Of a stretch of 64,000 bases of DNA, positions 52,308 through 64,000 are shown in pieces. The DNA is from Monocercomonoides exilis PA203 (lineage: Eukaryota; Protista; Preaxostyla). Position 1 is the stretch's first letter. The number at the start of each line of letters is the position of its first letter. The DNA is taken from NCBI GenBank assembly GCA_001643675.2, contig LSRY02000010.1, positions 372,001 to 436,000 of the forward strand, in the 5' to 3' direction. Under the pieces are notes generated by a model that saw nothing but the letters and a program-made list of their open reading frames with translations, ran no database searches and had not been told where the DNA came from. Made by a program: the position numbers and the translations under genes.

Positions 52308-54702
52308 ACCAACGCGTATGGAGAGAAGACAAGCGGCTGGATGCGAAGTGAAGCAACATTCTAGTGATAAGATGACGGAAAAAAATGTGCGAGATAGCAG
52401 GGGAGATAGAAAGATAGAAACCGTCCAGAGATATCAAGTGCATCCATAATCTGTATTGATAAACAGGAAAGTTAGTGAAACCGTTAAGAAGAACCCTACT
52501 CCTTTAATTCATGGCAAGGAAGTGCAAAGAGAAGAGTCAGACTGGTCCATACAGCGTGTGGCGAGCTGATTTGCTCTGCTGGATCAGTAGAAGAGCGGGA
52601 GGCAGAGCAGAGTGCACGCAGTTTTCTTTTCCACGCCTCGTGAAAGCGAGAGTGGTTTTTCTTTCTGCTCCGTTTTTAACTTTCGCCTCACCGGATCCCT
52701 GCACAGCCTGCAGGAGGGAGCTCCGAGGGGTATGCCCCCTGCCCTCTGGTCTTCGAGACCATGGCAAAAGGCGAAGTCGGTGGTGAAGTGGAGCGGACAA
52801 TGCATTATTTTTTTTTAATGTTATTGTTTTGTTTTTTCATCTCGCCCTTTTTTCCACGTCATTGGGGAGGGCGAAGTTTTTCACTTAAACCACCCACATT
52901 TTCAATCAATACTCATAATCTCGGAACAAACCTGTCTCACTGCGTTTTTATTAATTTTTCAACAACCAACTTTTATTTTGAATTGTTGTTTGAATAAAGA
53001 AAAAGTCAATAATCAGAATTAAAGATTAAATAATATTTCGTAATCTTTGATAGGAGGACGGGCTAGCTCCTCTATCTCTGATCAGTGCCTCCACTGAGGA
53101 GATTTGGAAATAGCAACCTGGTTCATTAAGTCAGAAAAAAAATTGTTTGTCATTTCAACAAATAAATAAAATTTATGACTTTAATAGAATGAAAACAAGT
53201 CTTCAATAATTTCTTCAGCTGACACAGTTTCACAAAATCCTTGTTCTATATGCGATTCTCAGGAGCTACAGTAAACAGAGAATATGGTGTCGAGGCGATA
53301 AAAGCTAATGATCATAAATGATTCGATCTCGTCTTTTCTCTCTTAATTCTTCCAATGAATAATTCTTTGACTTCCTTCTCCATCTGCTGCTTCTTTTTCT
53401 TTCATTTCTGCCTGCTTCATCAAAATTCTCCTTTCGAAAATGCTGATGATGCTATCTTCTTTCACATCTAACACCATGCCTGCCTCCGCCAGGCTAATCA
53501 TCACGCTCTTCTCTATTGAAATCACCAATCGAACCATGAACAGAATCACATCAGCACAGCATTATCAACTAAAACTGCTTGTGAAATGTTCCACCTGAAG
53601 GCTAAGATAAACTGTTCTGGCAATTAAGTGAGAGAGCGAATGAGTAGGATGATGAAGAGACGAGTATTTTGTTAGCGAGTCCCTTGTCGCTTCTGTGAAA
53701 GAGCCCTTGTTCGCCTTCATGGGAAACATCACTCAGAAAGACAACTCGGTTGTTGGACATGACAGAACAGAAGCATTCGATGATTGGAATGTCGATTTGT
53801 TTATATTTCTCTACGAGAATACAGCTGACAATGAATACGTGGATGGTCATCTTGGTATCAAAGCAATGTATTGCTGGCTATCAAAGATGTCCTGCAAGAG
53901 GACACACGATGCGACGGGTCTTCTGAAGAAGGAGAAGAACGTTGGTAAATATTATTGAATGTGCAGACAAATAGTGAATTTATGTGCGAGTGACGGCAAA
54001 GTCGAAGAAAGTTGTGGAGATGGCACAAACACAAAAAATAAGAAATTGCCTCAAAAACACTTTTGATGGATAAATCATCACATGTCTGCTGTAAATTCTG
54101 CTGTTTCATAGAAATTCCTTTTTAAAAATGAATTTTCCTCTAAATCGCTTTCCTTCATCGTCTCATCTTTGATCGCATGTTGAAGGCTCGTAACATTGTT
54201 AAAATCTGAAGTAGATCATCTAACATGGCAAAATAGTCCTCCTTTTTTATTGAACGCCATCTGACAGACTTTTTCTTGGCTAAATATAGAATCATTTCGT
54301 TGCTATGTAAGGTCTGACTTAAATTCTTTGAAAGAGCGAATATTCATTTTGCGATTATGAATAGAAAATTGATGACAATGTTTGACTTTGAATTCCACGG
54401 GAGTTGCATCAGAAAAAAATTAAAACATTTTTGTTGCTCATTGAAGAAGGCATTGAAGAAGAACATAACGAGAATGAAAAGACTGATTTTGGCCAAATAG
54501 GCTTTTTATCACAAATAACATGAATGGAAAAATAAATCATTCAGTTTGTGATTTGTCGAGAAGAAGAAATGCAAATGAAGCAATTTTTGGCTCATACGGC
54601 TTTTCCGTTGATTGATTCGCTTCAATGGATATGAAGATCGAAGCTCTTATTCAACTCGAAATAGGTTTAATCATCAAAAAAGTTGGAGAAGAAGAAGAAT
54701 TT

Positions 54703-55082
54703 GAAGAAGAAGAGGAAGAAGAGGAAGAAGAGGAAGAAGAGGAAGAAGAGGAAGAAGAGGAAGAAGAGGAAGAAGAGGAAGAAGAGGAAGAAGAGGAAGA
54801 AGAGGAAGAAGAGGAAGAAGAGGAAGAAGAGGAAGAAGAGGAAGAAGAGGAAGAAGAGGAAGAAGAGGAAGAAGAGGAAGAAGAGGAAGAGGAAGAGGAA
54901 GAGGAAGAGGAAGAGGAAGAGGAAGAGGAAGAGGAAGAGGAAGAGGAAGAGGAAGAGGAAGAGGAAGAGGAAGAGGAAGAGGAAGAGGAAGAGGAAGAAG
55001 AGGAAGAAGAGGAAGAGGAAGAGGAAGAAGAGGAAGAAGAGGAAAAGGAAGAGGAAGAAGAGGAAGAGGAAGAGGAAGAAGA
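54703..55082 (+). repeat. 380-nt pure-purine tract: (GAGGAAGAA)n switching to (GAGGAA)n
   Basis: Directly visible; reads as poly-Glu in ORF 54625-55122. Confidence 0.97.
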
Positions 55083-55480
55083 TAAGAAGAAGAAGAAGAT
55101 AATGATGATGATGATGAAATGATCTTTTATCGAATTATTTTTAAAGTGGCTTGTATCCATCCAATTGTGTGATCTGAAGAATATCATTTCAATCATTTAT
55201 TCCGTTCAAGAATTGCTTTGATAATATGCTCTTTTCATCTGAACCTCTTTCATCTTCCAAATAAAAAAGTCAGAGGAAATCTCCATTTTGAGTTGCGCGT
55301 TTTCTGATCGGATTTTTTCGACTCGAAATCACCTCTTTTGTTATTTAATTTTGCTGCATATTGTAATAGAATGAATATACGTTTTGTGCTTCCAAAAAGA
55401 TAATAAAAGATGACAATTGGCCCTGGATTTATCGGGAGCCGAATGAAACAAGTGTGAAAACATTTGTTGTTTCTAATCAA

Positions 55481-55819
55481 GGAAGAAGAAGAAGGTGAAG
55501 AAGAAGGTGAAGAAGAAGGTGAAGAAGAAGGTGAAGAAGAAGAAGAAGGAGAAGGAGAAGGAGAAGGTGAAGAAGAAGGAGAAGGAGAAGGAGAAGGAGA
55601 AGGTGAAGGTGAAGGTGAAGGTGAAGAAGAAGAAGAAGAAGAAGAAGAAGAAGGAGAAGGTGAAGGTGAAGGTGAAGAAGAAGGAGAAGGTGAAGGTGAA
55701 GGTGAAGAAGAAGGAGAAGGAGAAGATGATGATGATGATGATGATGAAGCTTGTGCTGAATGATCAGAATGCAACACAATAACAGCACTCACAAACCAAA
55801 TTCTTGCAGCAACAGAATT

Positions 55820-55862
<43 letters not shown>
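55481..55862 (+). repeat. GAA/GGT/GGA (Glu-Gly) repeat, (GAT)n and (GAAA)n microsatellites
   Basis: Directly visible. Confidence 0.95.
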
Positions 55863-55864
<2 letters not shown>

Positions 55865-56450
55865 GAAATGGAATGAAATGAGTTGGAAGGAGCTCTTCTG
55901 GAGGAAGTTGAACGACAAATGTGGACAAGACTCATTTGAAGAAAATGAAGAAATGATGAATCGATTCGAATTTCATAACAGCCAACAGCAGCAACAGACA
56001 GCAGTTTCATTGTGTGTTGCAACATGAGAATATGATGGCTATTCAAACAACAAAATTCTCAAATAAGAAGAAGGTCTTCTTTTCATCAACAAAGTTAAAA
56101 AAAAATATCATCAATGAAGAGATCGAAGGAGAAGGAGAAGGAGAAGAAAATGTGTATTCTTCAAAAATGCTGCTTGAACTGAAATTTCTCTGAGAATGAT
56201 GCACAACATGAAAAAAAAAAGCTGTTCTTTGGAATGGAAATAAAAAGATATAAAATAAAAATAATTGGTTTTGCATTTATTTAAAAAATTCCTCAAAAGA
56301 ACACACCTGTCCTTTCTATCGCAAATGCAGAGGATTGTCCAATCACAAATTCTGTAAATCTCCTTTTCCATTGTTTCTCAGTGCTTCTTTCTCCATCATC
56401 CTTTATTCCCACATAAATATCCTGCTTTCAATGTTATCATCAACTTTTTT
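55750..56450 (+). pseudogene. Family-2 copy 2 (degenerate)
   Basis: Colinear similarity to 43940-44600. Confidence 0.55.
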
Positions 56451-57120
56451 CTGAAAAAAATACTCCGAATTTTATTCTTTCCAATAACTGTCCAATTGTT
56501 GTCATTCCATTTCGCTCTCAACAAAATGCTTTGAAATCGAATTTATTTTCATCCCCTCTCCCAACTGAATACAAAAAATTTGCAATTCCCATCTGCTGAT
56601 TGCATTTTGGCGCCAGCACTCTTCTGATATTCTCCTCAGAAAAACAAAAAAATGGACATTTTATGTAATTAATCAGATTCTTGGACTCTGAAAAGATGAT
56701 TATAAAAGCATCTTCTCAACAAACAGGAACAATAAAAAATGCAAACATCAACTTTTTTGTATGTAATTTTGGAAAATGAATTTCCTTCAAAGATGCTTTT
56801 CATAAAAACCATCTCGCACAATTCCATCATTGATGCCTCTCCGTCGCTGTCTCGTGCAGCCTCTCAAAATAATATCGCCCATTCCGTTGAAAATATTTGT
56901 TCTCCATCTCTCATTTTTTAGCAAGGAATGTTTTTGTTCTTTCAAATCTGATGATCAGAATATCCATTACTGCAAACAAGAAAAAAGATTTATAGCTTTT
57001 TCTTTCTTTCTTTGTAACGGCTTGCCAAATATCACTAACAACGCAGAATGGTATGACAACTTATGCTTTCATGTAGACCTATGCGACACGACTTGCTATT
57101 TTTTGTTGCTGTCGGTCACC

Positions 57121-57157
<37 letters not shown>

Positions 57158-57559
57158 ATAAGACGATTGTTTAATTAATATAAAATCAAAAGCACTTAAA
57201 ATAATATGAAATAATTATTAAAATGAACATATATTGTTCTTTTTAAATAAGAGACAACTTTTGATCGAGAAATCCATAATAGCATTAAATGAATACTTAA
57301 ACAATAATTTTTTTGGATGCACTGTTTGTAATACCTAAACAAAGAAGAACGGTATCATAATTAATTATTCATTAACCAAGCAAGCTTTTATTTCTGTAAA
57401 TGTTTGCTAATCGAACATATTCAAAAACAACAATAAAGTTTTTATATGGTATTGTTTTTTTAACTACGATATTCATTTTGCAGATAAAGAAGTGACTCTA
57501 TTGAGAAATGCAATGGTTTGAAGTTTAAGATGAATTTGAATTCTTGATGATTGAATATT

Positions 57560-58760
57560 TTTCTTATATTTTTTAAAGAATTGTTATCTGAGACATAATG
57601 TTGCGCAGAATTAGAACAGAGATAAAAAATCAAAGTGATGTGTATACTCATGAAAGAGATGGATAAAGAAGAATTGAATTTCATATTATCAGAAGAAATG
57701 CACAATGAAATCAAAATGTGTTTTAAGAAAAGAAAATGTGGATGAAAATTGCATGTTTGTTACAGAAGCAAGCTGGATAGCACAAAAAGATGAATTTTAT
57801 TATTATTATTTTTAGAAAAATCTTCATTAAACGAAAGATTTGAGAAGAAGATAATTGAAGAAGAAAAGGAGATTACTAAAAAAAGAAGCGATAATAGCTT
57901 TGCTGGCTTTAAAAAATATTTGGAGTTATGAATGAGCATTTTTGTTTCATTTTTGAAATCATTGAAGCTTTTTCTAATATTTTTTGATTAGCGTATTGAA
58001 AAAGAATTGTGCTCAAATAAAATTACAAGGATTATCAAATATCAACAAGAGAATCAGAATCCTGTGCGACTATCCTTTCAATCAGCTTGGCGGTTTTTGA
58101 TTGAAAGATTGGAAGATAACAAACATTTTGATGAAGTTGTTGTAAATGAGCTTCGTTTTGTGAGAGAAGCAAGAAGAGAGTTAGAAGATATTCCAAAGTG
58201 TGTGGATTGGAAGAGAAAAAAAGAAGAAGGAGGAAAAAAGAAATCGAAAGAAATGCTTATAAAAAGGAAACGGCTCAGAGATGTTTTTGCTTTCTTAACC
58301 TTGTGTTTATTAAGGAATGAAAAGCATGTTGTACTGATGAGAAGTATTGTTCAGTTATTTCAAGCATGAAGAGAAAATTACAAAGAAACAAGCTTTCAAT
58401 GCTCAAATACAACAAGAGAAGCAGCGGAAGAGGGGAAGATAGAGATCGTTAACTTGTAGAAGGAAAATGCAATTATCCGTTTTCAGAGGAAATGAATCAA
58501 TCAACCTTGTTCGATGGAGTTTTATATGAATGCTTATATTTCATTTTGGACATTGCTGTGAGAGTGTAAGAAAAAATATATAAAGAAGCCAACGGAGCTG
58601 AATGAAAATTTGTCAAAATGAAGGTGCTTAAAAAGATGGAAGAAGAAGGATGCTACGATAAAATCACAAGAATGTTGGAAAATTTTCATTTCTTGGAAAG
58701 GACAATAATTATGATTGATCATTGAACATTACCAATTTTTTTGTGGTCATCAACGAAAAT
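57560..58760 (+). pseudogene. Family-1 copy E, degenerate with internal deletion
   Basis: QSAWRFL, NELRFVREARRELED, CVDWKRKKE and KMEEEGCYD are present. The DLCEC-CLLKAALK block is missing and there are many stops. Confidence 0.78.
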
Positions 58761-58844
58761 GTTAAAATTCTTGTGAAACAATATGTTTGTGAGTAGATAT
58801 CATTACGTAATATGTGAAACATGCACGTTTGACGATTTCAATGT

Positions 58845-58845
<1 letters not shown>

Positions 58846-58908
<63 letters not shown>
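58846..58908. repeat. Poly-T homopolymer (63 nt)
   Basis: Directly visible. Confidence 0.95.
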
Positions 58909-58911
<3 letters not shown>

Positions 58912-60346
58912 TATTTCTAAAGAATGAAGTGAAACATTAACCGTTGAACTCAAAAACAAATGATATACAAGCTTTAACTACAAAACGGTTTTCTTTTTCT
59001 GAGAACTGCTTCAAATAACTTGCTGCTTTTATCAAAATCAAAAAAAAACAATTATGAATACTATGTTTTTCGTCTCATCTTTTCCAGTTGCGTCTTCTTT
59101 TCTCCGATAATTATTTCATTCCATTCTTCGAACTTTCCTCAACTGTTTTCAGCTGCAAAACTTTCTTTCAGCTGTTTCCTCAATTTTCTATTTTCATCGT
59201 GTTTTCAATAAACAAATTGATTGAGTGAAATTAAGAAAGAAAACAGAAATTTAATGATGAACCAGAGCAAAAAGAAAAAATCGAAGTGCTCTAAAAATCA
59301 ACTGACTATGTGGAAAAATACAAAAAACAGTTCAATGGTTGTAAGGAAAAAAATGAGTTTTTCTTCGGTTTCAAAAAATAATAACTTCTTAAAAGGAAAA
59401 CATAGCAAATGTTATAATCCAGCGACACATGTGGTCATTTGGTATTCAAACACAATAAATCATAATTAACGTTGAGGAGTGAAGCCACAAATTGCAAAAT
59501 TCATTCATTCGTGAAAATAATTCTTATCACTTTAATAAGAATACACATTTGATTCGTTCCACATAGAATATTCATATTTTTCTCCATTTTGATAAATAAG
59601 ACTCTTGTGATTGCTCTTCAAAACGATCTATTTTCATCTGAATTTTTGTTGTTGATCATGACAGAACCTCGAAACCTCAAGCGTTTTCAGTCTAGAAATA
59701 TATAATTAGTTCTTTCTATATTTGAATATTTGCAACATTTAAAGCATTAAACACAACAAGAAAATCAAACAGTGAATAATAAAATAGTGAACAATCGAGC
59801 TTCCTCTAACAAACCGCTTGTTTGAATCAAAATTTTACTGCTATTTTCATTTTATGTCGAATTTTTGTATGTCTAAATTTGCTTTTTTCACTGAAAAATG
59901 AAGGTTCAATAAATGAAAATGAAAAGTTATGGTATTAACTGACAAAAAAAGAAAACTGAGTTGCTTCAAAAGCAAAATAACAAATTTAGTTATTCTGTTG
60001 CTTTTTGGAACCTGTTTGTTTCATTGACAAAATTGAATGTCAGTGACGGAAGTGACTTCCAGTGGCACAAAAATTTCCATATTTCACTGATCTTGTCAGT
60101 GAAAAATATATTTTGGTAATTTTAATGAATTGAATTTGCAAAAAATAAAATGTTTTGATCATGAAAATAAATATCTTGTCGGTCACCTGTGTCAGTTACT
60201 GGCAAAAATTGCCACTTGTCGCACAGGTCTACTTTCATGATTATTTCGAGCTTTTGTTTTGCACATATTTCTTCTTTCCAATGGTATATGAATTCAAATC
60301 AAATGACAAATTTTCGTTGTTTTCTGTCTGCAATGTGCTTTCAAAA

Positions 60347-61762
60347 ATGCAGACAACGAGTAGAATCAAAAGGTTTAATGGTTTGTGCTCATTATTGTAT
60401 TTAAATTCATGAAAATTGATATCTTTTTTCTTTTTTTTATATCAGAATTGCTTTGTGAACTTGAACATTGCAATGAAGATGAGCAGAGAAAGAAAATCGG
60501 AGAAATGAATGAAATAGTTGATAGAATGAGTGAAGACGAACATAAATCTGTTTTCACAGAAGAACTGTTCAACAAAATAGAAAAAATGATTGAAGAAAAG
60601 AAAATGTCGACAGAGAATGCAATTTTGTTTCTGAAGCATATTGGATATTGCAATGTGCTGAAAAACGTGTGGAATCCATGCTTTGATTCGTCTTCACTTG
60701 GAGAAAGATTTAAAAAGATGATTGAAAATGAAGTCAAGAAAAAAGAAAAAAAGAACGAAAGACTTTTGGTTGATCTTTGCGAATGTTTTGTTTTTATTTG
60801 CATTTCTAATCTTTCAATATTGCTTTCAATTTGTTTGCCATGCCTTCTGAAAGCTGCATTGAAGAAAGAGAGAAACGAGGAGACTCAAAAAGAAGTGGAA
60901 ATAGCATTACTGGCTTTGAGCAGGATCGGTAATTTTTATGTTTGAACATTTATATTTTTATTTTGACATTGTTGATTTTTCTTTCCTCTTTTTTAAAAAG
61001 AAAATCTAACAAAAACTGTACTTGAAGGAAATCAAAGAAATTTTCGAATATCATCAGGAGCATCACAACCTCACTCAGCTTGCCTATCAGTCTGCATGGG
61101 AATTTTTGATTTATCAATTTTTTGTTGACAATAGATTGGAAGATACTGTTGCGAATGAGCTGCATTTTGTCGGAGAAGCAGCAAGAGAACTGGAAGAGCT
61201 GGCAAGATGCATTGACTGGAAGAAAAAAGAGGAAATGAACAAAGAAGAAGCGAAAGAAGAATTTGCTTTAACGAAATGGGACGAAACAATCGTGATTTAT
61301 TTCTTCAGATGCGAATTGTGGAACGAAGAACTTGTTGAGCTTTTCAGAAGCATGGTTAGAGTATTTCGAGCAGCAAGAGAAAATAAAAGAGAAATTAGTT
61401 ACAAGTGCATTTATACCTTGAGAAATGCAGCAGAAAGGAGAGTTGTGAAAGTTGAAGACTTGCTGAAAGGAGAAGCTGTTGATGCTGTTTTGGAAGAGAT
61501 CCAGAGACAAACATTGAATGAAGGCAGGACAAATGAATGCTTTCAATTCTTTATGAATGTTTCAAGGAAATTGAAAGAAAAGACGGATAACAAAATGGAA
61601 GAAGAGGAAAGAAGATCAACAAAAATGGAGATATTCGAAAAGCTGGAAGAAGAAGGATATGAAGATACCATCACCAGCTTTCATAAAATATTTGATTTTC
61701 TTTACGGAAGATATTGTCGTGGATTAACGTTGAAAATTTCTGATTATCTTGTGAATGCTTGA
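60347..61762 (+). pseudogene. Family-1 copy F, best preserved; three exons, single apparent TAA at 61007
   Basis: ATG at 60347; introns ~60381-60445 and ~60940-61000. Exons are otherwise open with all family motifs. AAA ATC TAA CAA aligns with E-T-E-Q of copy B. Confidence 0.7.
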
Positions 61763-64000
61763 GGAAATGAAATTCCTCGAATTTTTTGATTCAAAATATT
61801 TATTTTTCTTTTTATCATTTCGTGAAATTGAAAATAATCATTTGAGTATATTTAAATTTTTATTTTTGTTTCGCTTCATTTGATGAACAGATTAAATTTT
61901 TGAATGTCCTTTTTTGTTGCTGTTTCTTGAAGTGAATAAGTGTGTGGATGAAAAATGATTTGCTGTTTTTCAAAGAGAATAACAAACAAATGAAAATTTT
62001 CCTTGAAGCAATTTTGTTGCTCATTTGTATTTTCTTACTCCAGAAAAAATGTTTATTTCTTAAAGAAAAAAGAAATGAGAAGAATATTGAAAATGAAAGA
62101 ATTTTTTTTGAATTTTCACAGAATCACATAAATGAATGAGTGAGGAAAATTAACAATTGCCTCTCTCTATCATTTTCAAAGTGCAAAATCAAAAAATGTT
62201 TGTTTTCTTTTTTATTCACTGATTTTTTTTCTTTTTTTAGCATTTTTTCAGATAAATAAGAAACACCTTATAAATAACTCATCGCTTCGATTATTTGTGT
62301 TTCTCAAAGCGTTTTATCCAAATTCGCAAATGTGAAATATTGTTAAATATAATTATGATAAAATACACAAAAAATAAAACTCAAGAAAACAAATATAAAT
62401 TGATAATATGAATTAAACTATTCATAATTGGAATAAAAAAAAGCCGAAATATGTTTTTAAATCGCAAATTGATAAATACCATAAATAACGATTGAATTCC
62501 TTGTATTTTTTATTTACGCTGCTCATCAGGATTATGTGATCCTGATGATGCTTTTTTATTTTTTTGAAATAAAAGCAAAAGTCTGAAGCAAAAATCTATC
62601 GATCAGTAAATTTCTAAATGATATTAAAGATTTATCGGTTTTTGTTTTAAAAAAAAGAGTTGATCAATATTAAAAAATGTTTATTTTCATATTTGGCAGG
62701 AAATTATTTTCAAAAAAAAATGTGATCCGGAAAAAAGGTTAATTTGCGAATGATAAAAGCATAAATACAAAAAAAGAAATTAAATACAAACAAAACAAAA
62801 TGACAAGAATTACAAAGTGCTCGATTCAAAAGAAAATACATTTACTGCGCGATCAAGGATAAGGAAGAAACGAAATTGCTTGTTTATTGAATATTTCTGT
62901 CAATACTGCTAAAAAAATATTTAAAAGCAAACCTTATGCAATCAAAACGGTACGTCAGGCACAAAATTGGAAGGCCGCTTATTCGGCATAGGTGTATTTA
63001 AGGTCCTTTTCCAATTCTTGGTTATTCTTAAAAATATTACAATAAATATAAAGCAGATTTAATAATAAAACATTTGTATGGACTGGAATTTTGAAATTCT
63101 ATTTGATCCTTGAGAAAAATCTATTTTCAAAAATCTCCCATAAATCTGAGTAATTTTTTAAATTTTGATAAAAATAGATAATTTCGAAATAAAAAGTGGA
63201 TAAAAGGTTATTAATTATTATATGCTATTATTATATTAATGATTTTTCAAAAAATAAAACATTGAGAAAAATAAATTAAAAAATGTAAATATTTTGATCA
63301 ATTCCACAATCATGTTTTTAAAACCAAAATATAAAAATTTGCTTTCTTTCGTCAAGAATTGAACCTCCGCTTATGAACATAAGACAAATCAAATATATCA
63401 ATAAAGTTTTAAAGTGTGCGCAGAATGATTATTAATATTTCATTCGATCCTTAATGAATTTTGATTTTGATTTTAAAGATGAATATTCTAGTGCAGATGG
63501 AGGATAATCTTATTGGACGACGGAAAATATAATTAAAATATCATTATTAAATCGTTTGAATGAATTTTTTTAATGATTGACAATATTTAATCATTTATTC
63601 AAATTTTTAAAATTGAATTTCATATATTTTATTTTTTTAAAGATGAATGTTGAAGGTTAAGCATTCGAAAACGCAGCAACAGCACAGATAAAGGAGAAGG
63701 AGATAGCTATTTGGTAACAAATAAAAGAAGAGATTTTAAATTTGCATTTATGTGGATGCAGAACGATTTAAATACAGCTAGTGTGGGGAATTACGTTTTC
63801 ATTGAATGCTTCGACATCACACCTCAGATCAATGAAGGCCAATTTCAGTTTGATCTTTTAGAGAATCATTTTTCTCGAATCAATGCGATTTACGGAATTG
63901 ATGGCTGTAATCACACGAGCGATACTGATCTGATTGGATTTGTGACGATTCTTCAGAGTGGCACGATTGTTGTGAGCAGTGTGAATGAATTTATTGTCAA

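Larger units (their letters stand above)
44787..52956 (+). mobile_element. DIRS-type tyrosine-recombinase retrotransposon, degenerate, interrupted by a TIR element (~5.8 kb without the insertion)
   Basis: Domain order is gag-like, RT, RNase H, MT-like, YR. Imperfect inverted termini lie at ~44808-44883 and ~52871-52948, and an internal region (52213-52307) is complementary to both termini. Confidence 0.85.

Noticed and set aside
44787-52956. LTR (Ty3/gypsy) element or prophage integrase
   Set aside because: There are no direct LTRs or DDE integrase; RT/RNase H plus YR plus ITR/ICR indicate DIRS.
53093-53115. Hammerhead-like CTGAGGA...GAAA
   Set aside because: No closing stem II pair and no convincing stems I/III.
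53340-54600. Coding-like minus-strand fragments
   Set aside because: Too decayed to assign to a family or define boundaries.
54625-55918. Poly-E, poly-S, poly-K/R and SP-repeat ORFs as real proteins
   Set aside because: They are open in several frames only because the repeats lack stop codons.
16069-61762. Stop-codon reassignment (TAA/TAG = Gln, as in some metamonads) to explain stops in family 1
   Set aside because: Conserved genes here end in TAA, and multi-kb Gln-rich ORFs contain no in-frame TAA/TAG. The stops align with Leu/Glu rather than Gln and co-occur with TGA and frameshifts.
1-64000. CRISPR arrays, rRNA, tRNA or snRNA genes
   Set aside because: No repeat-spacer arrays or recognisable RNA gene signatures were seen by eye; a covariance-model scan would be needed to exclude them fully.

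Overview
Eukaryotic, AT-rich, intron-containing genomic window using the standard genetic code. Short GT-AG introns, Ser/Glu-rich low-complexity proteins and the repeated gene families suggest an oxymonad/metamonad protist such as Monocercomonoides (inference, not provable here). Three conserved genes are recognisable: a NOT3/NOT5-like CCR4-NOT subunit (5 exons, one of 13 nt), a head-to-head inositol polyphosphate 5-phosphatase whose ATG is only 76 bp away, and a ~4170-aa PI4KA/STT4-type PI 4-kinase. The rest is accessory DNA: six damaged copies of an uncharacterised ~450-aa family, two copies of a second family, a MITE-like element and long purine tracts. The highlight is a nested mobile-element complex. 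A DIRS-type tyrosine-recombinase retrotransposon (~44787-52956; gag, RT/RNase H, MT-like, YR, inverted termini and an internal complementary region) has its gag split by a 2396-bp element. That element has 190-bp near-perfect TIRs and an 8-bp TSD, and it carries a captured host beta-helix/surface-protein gene fragment instead of a transposase, i.e. a Pack-MULE-like gene-capture element.
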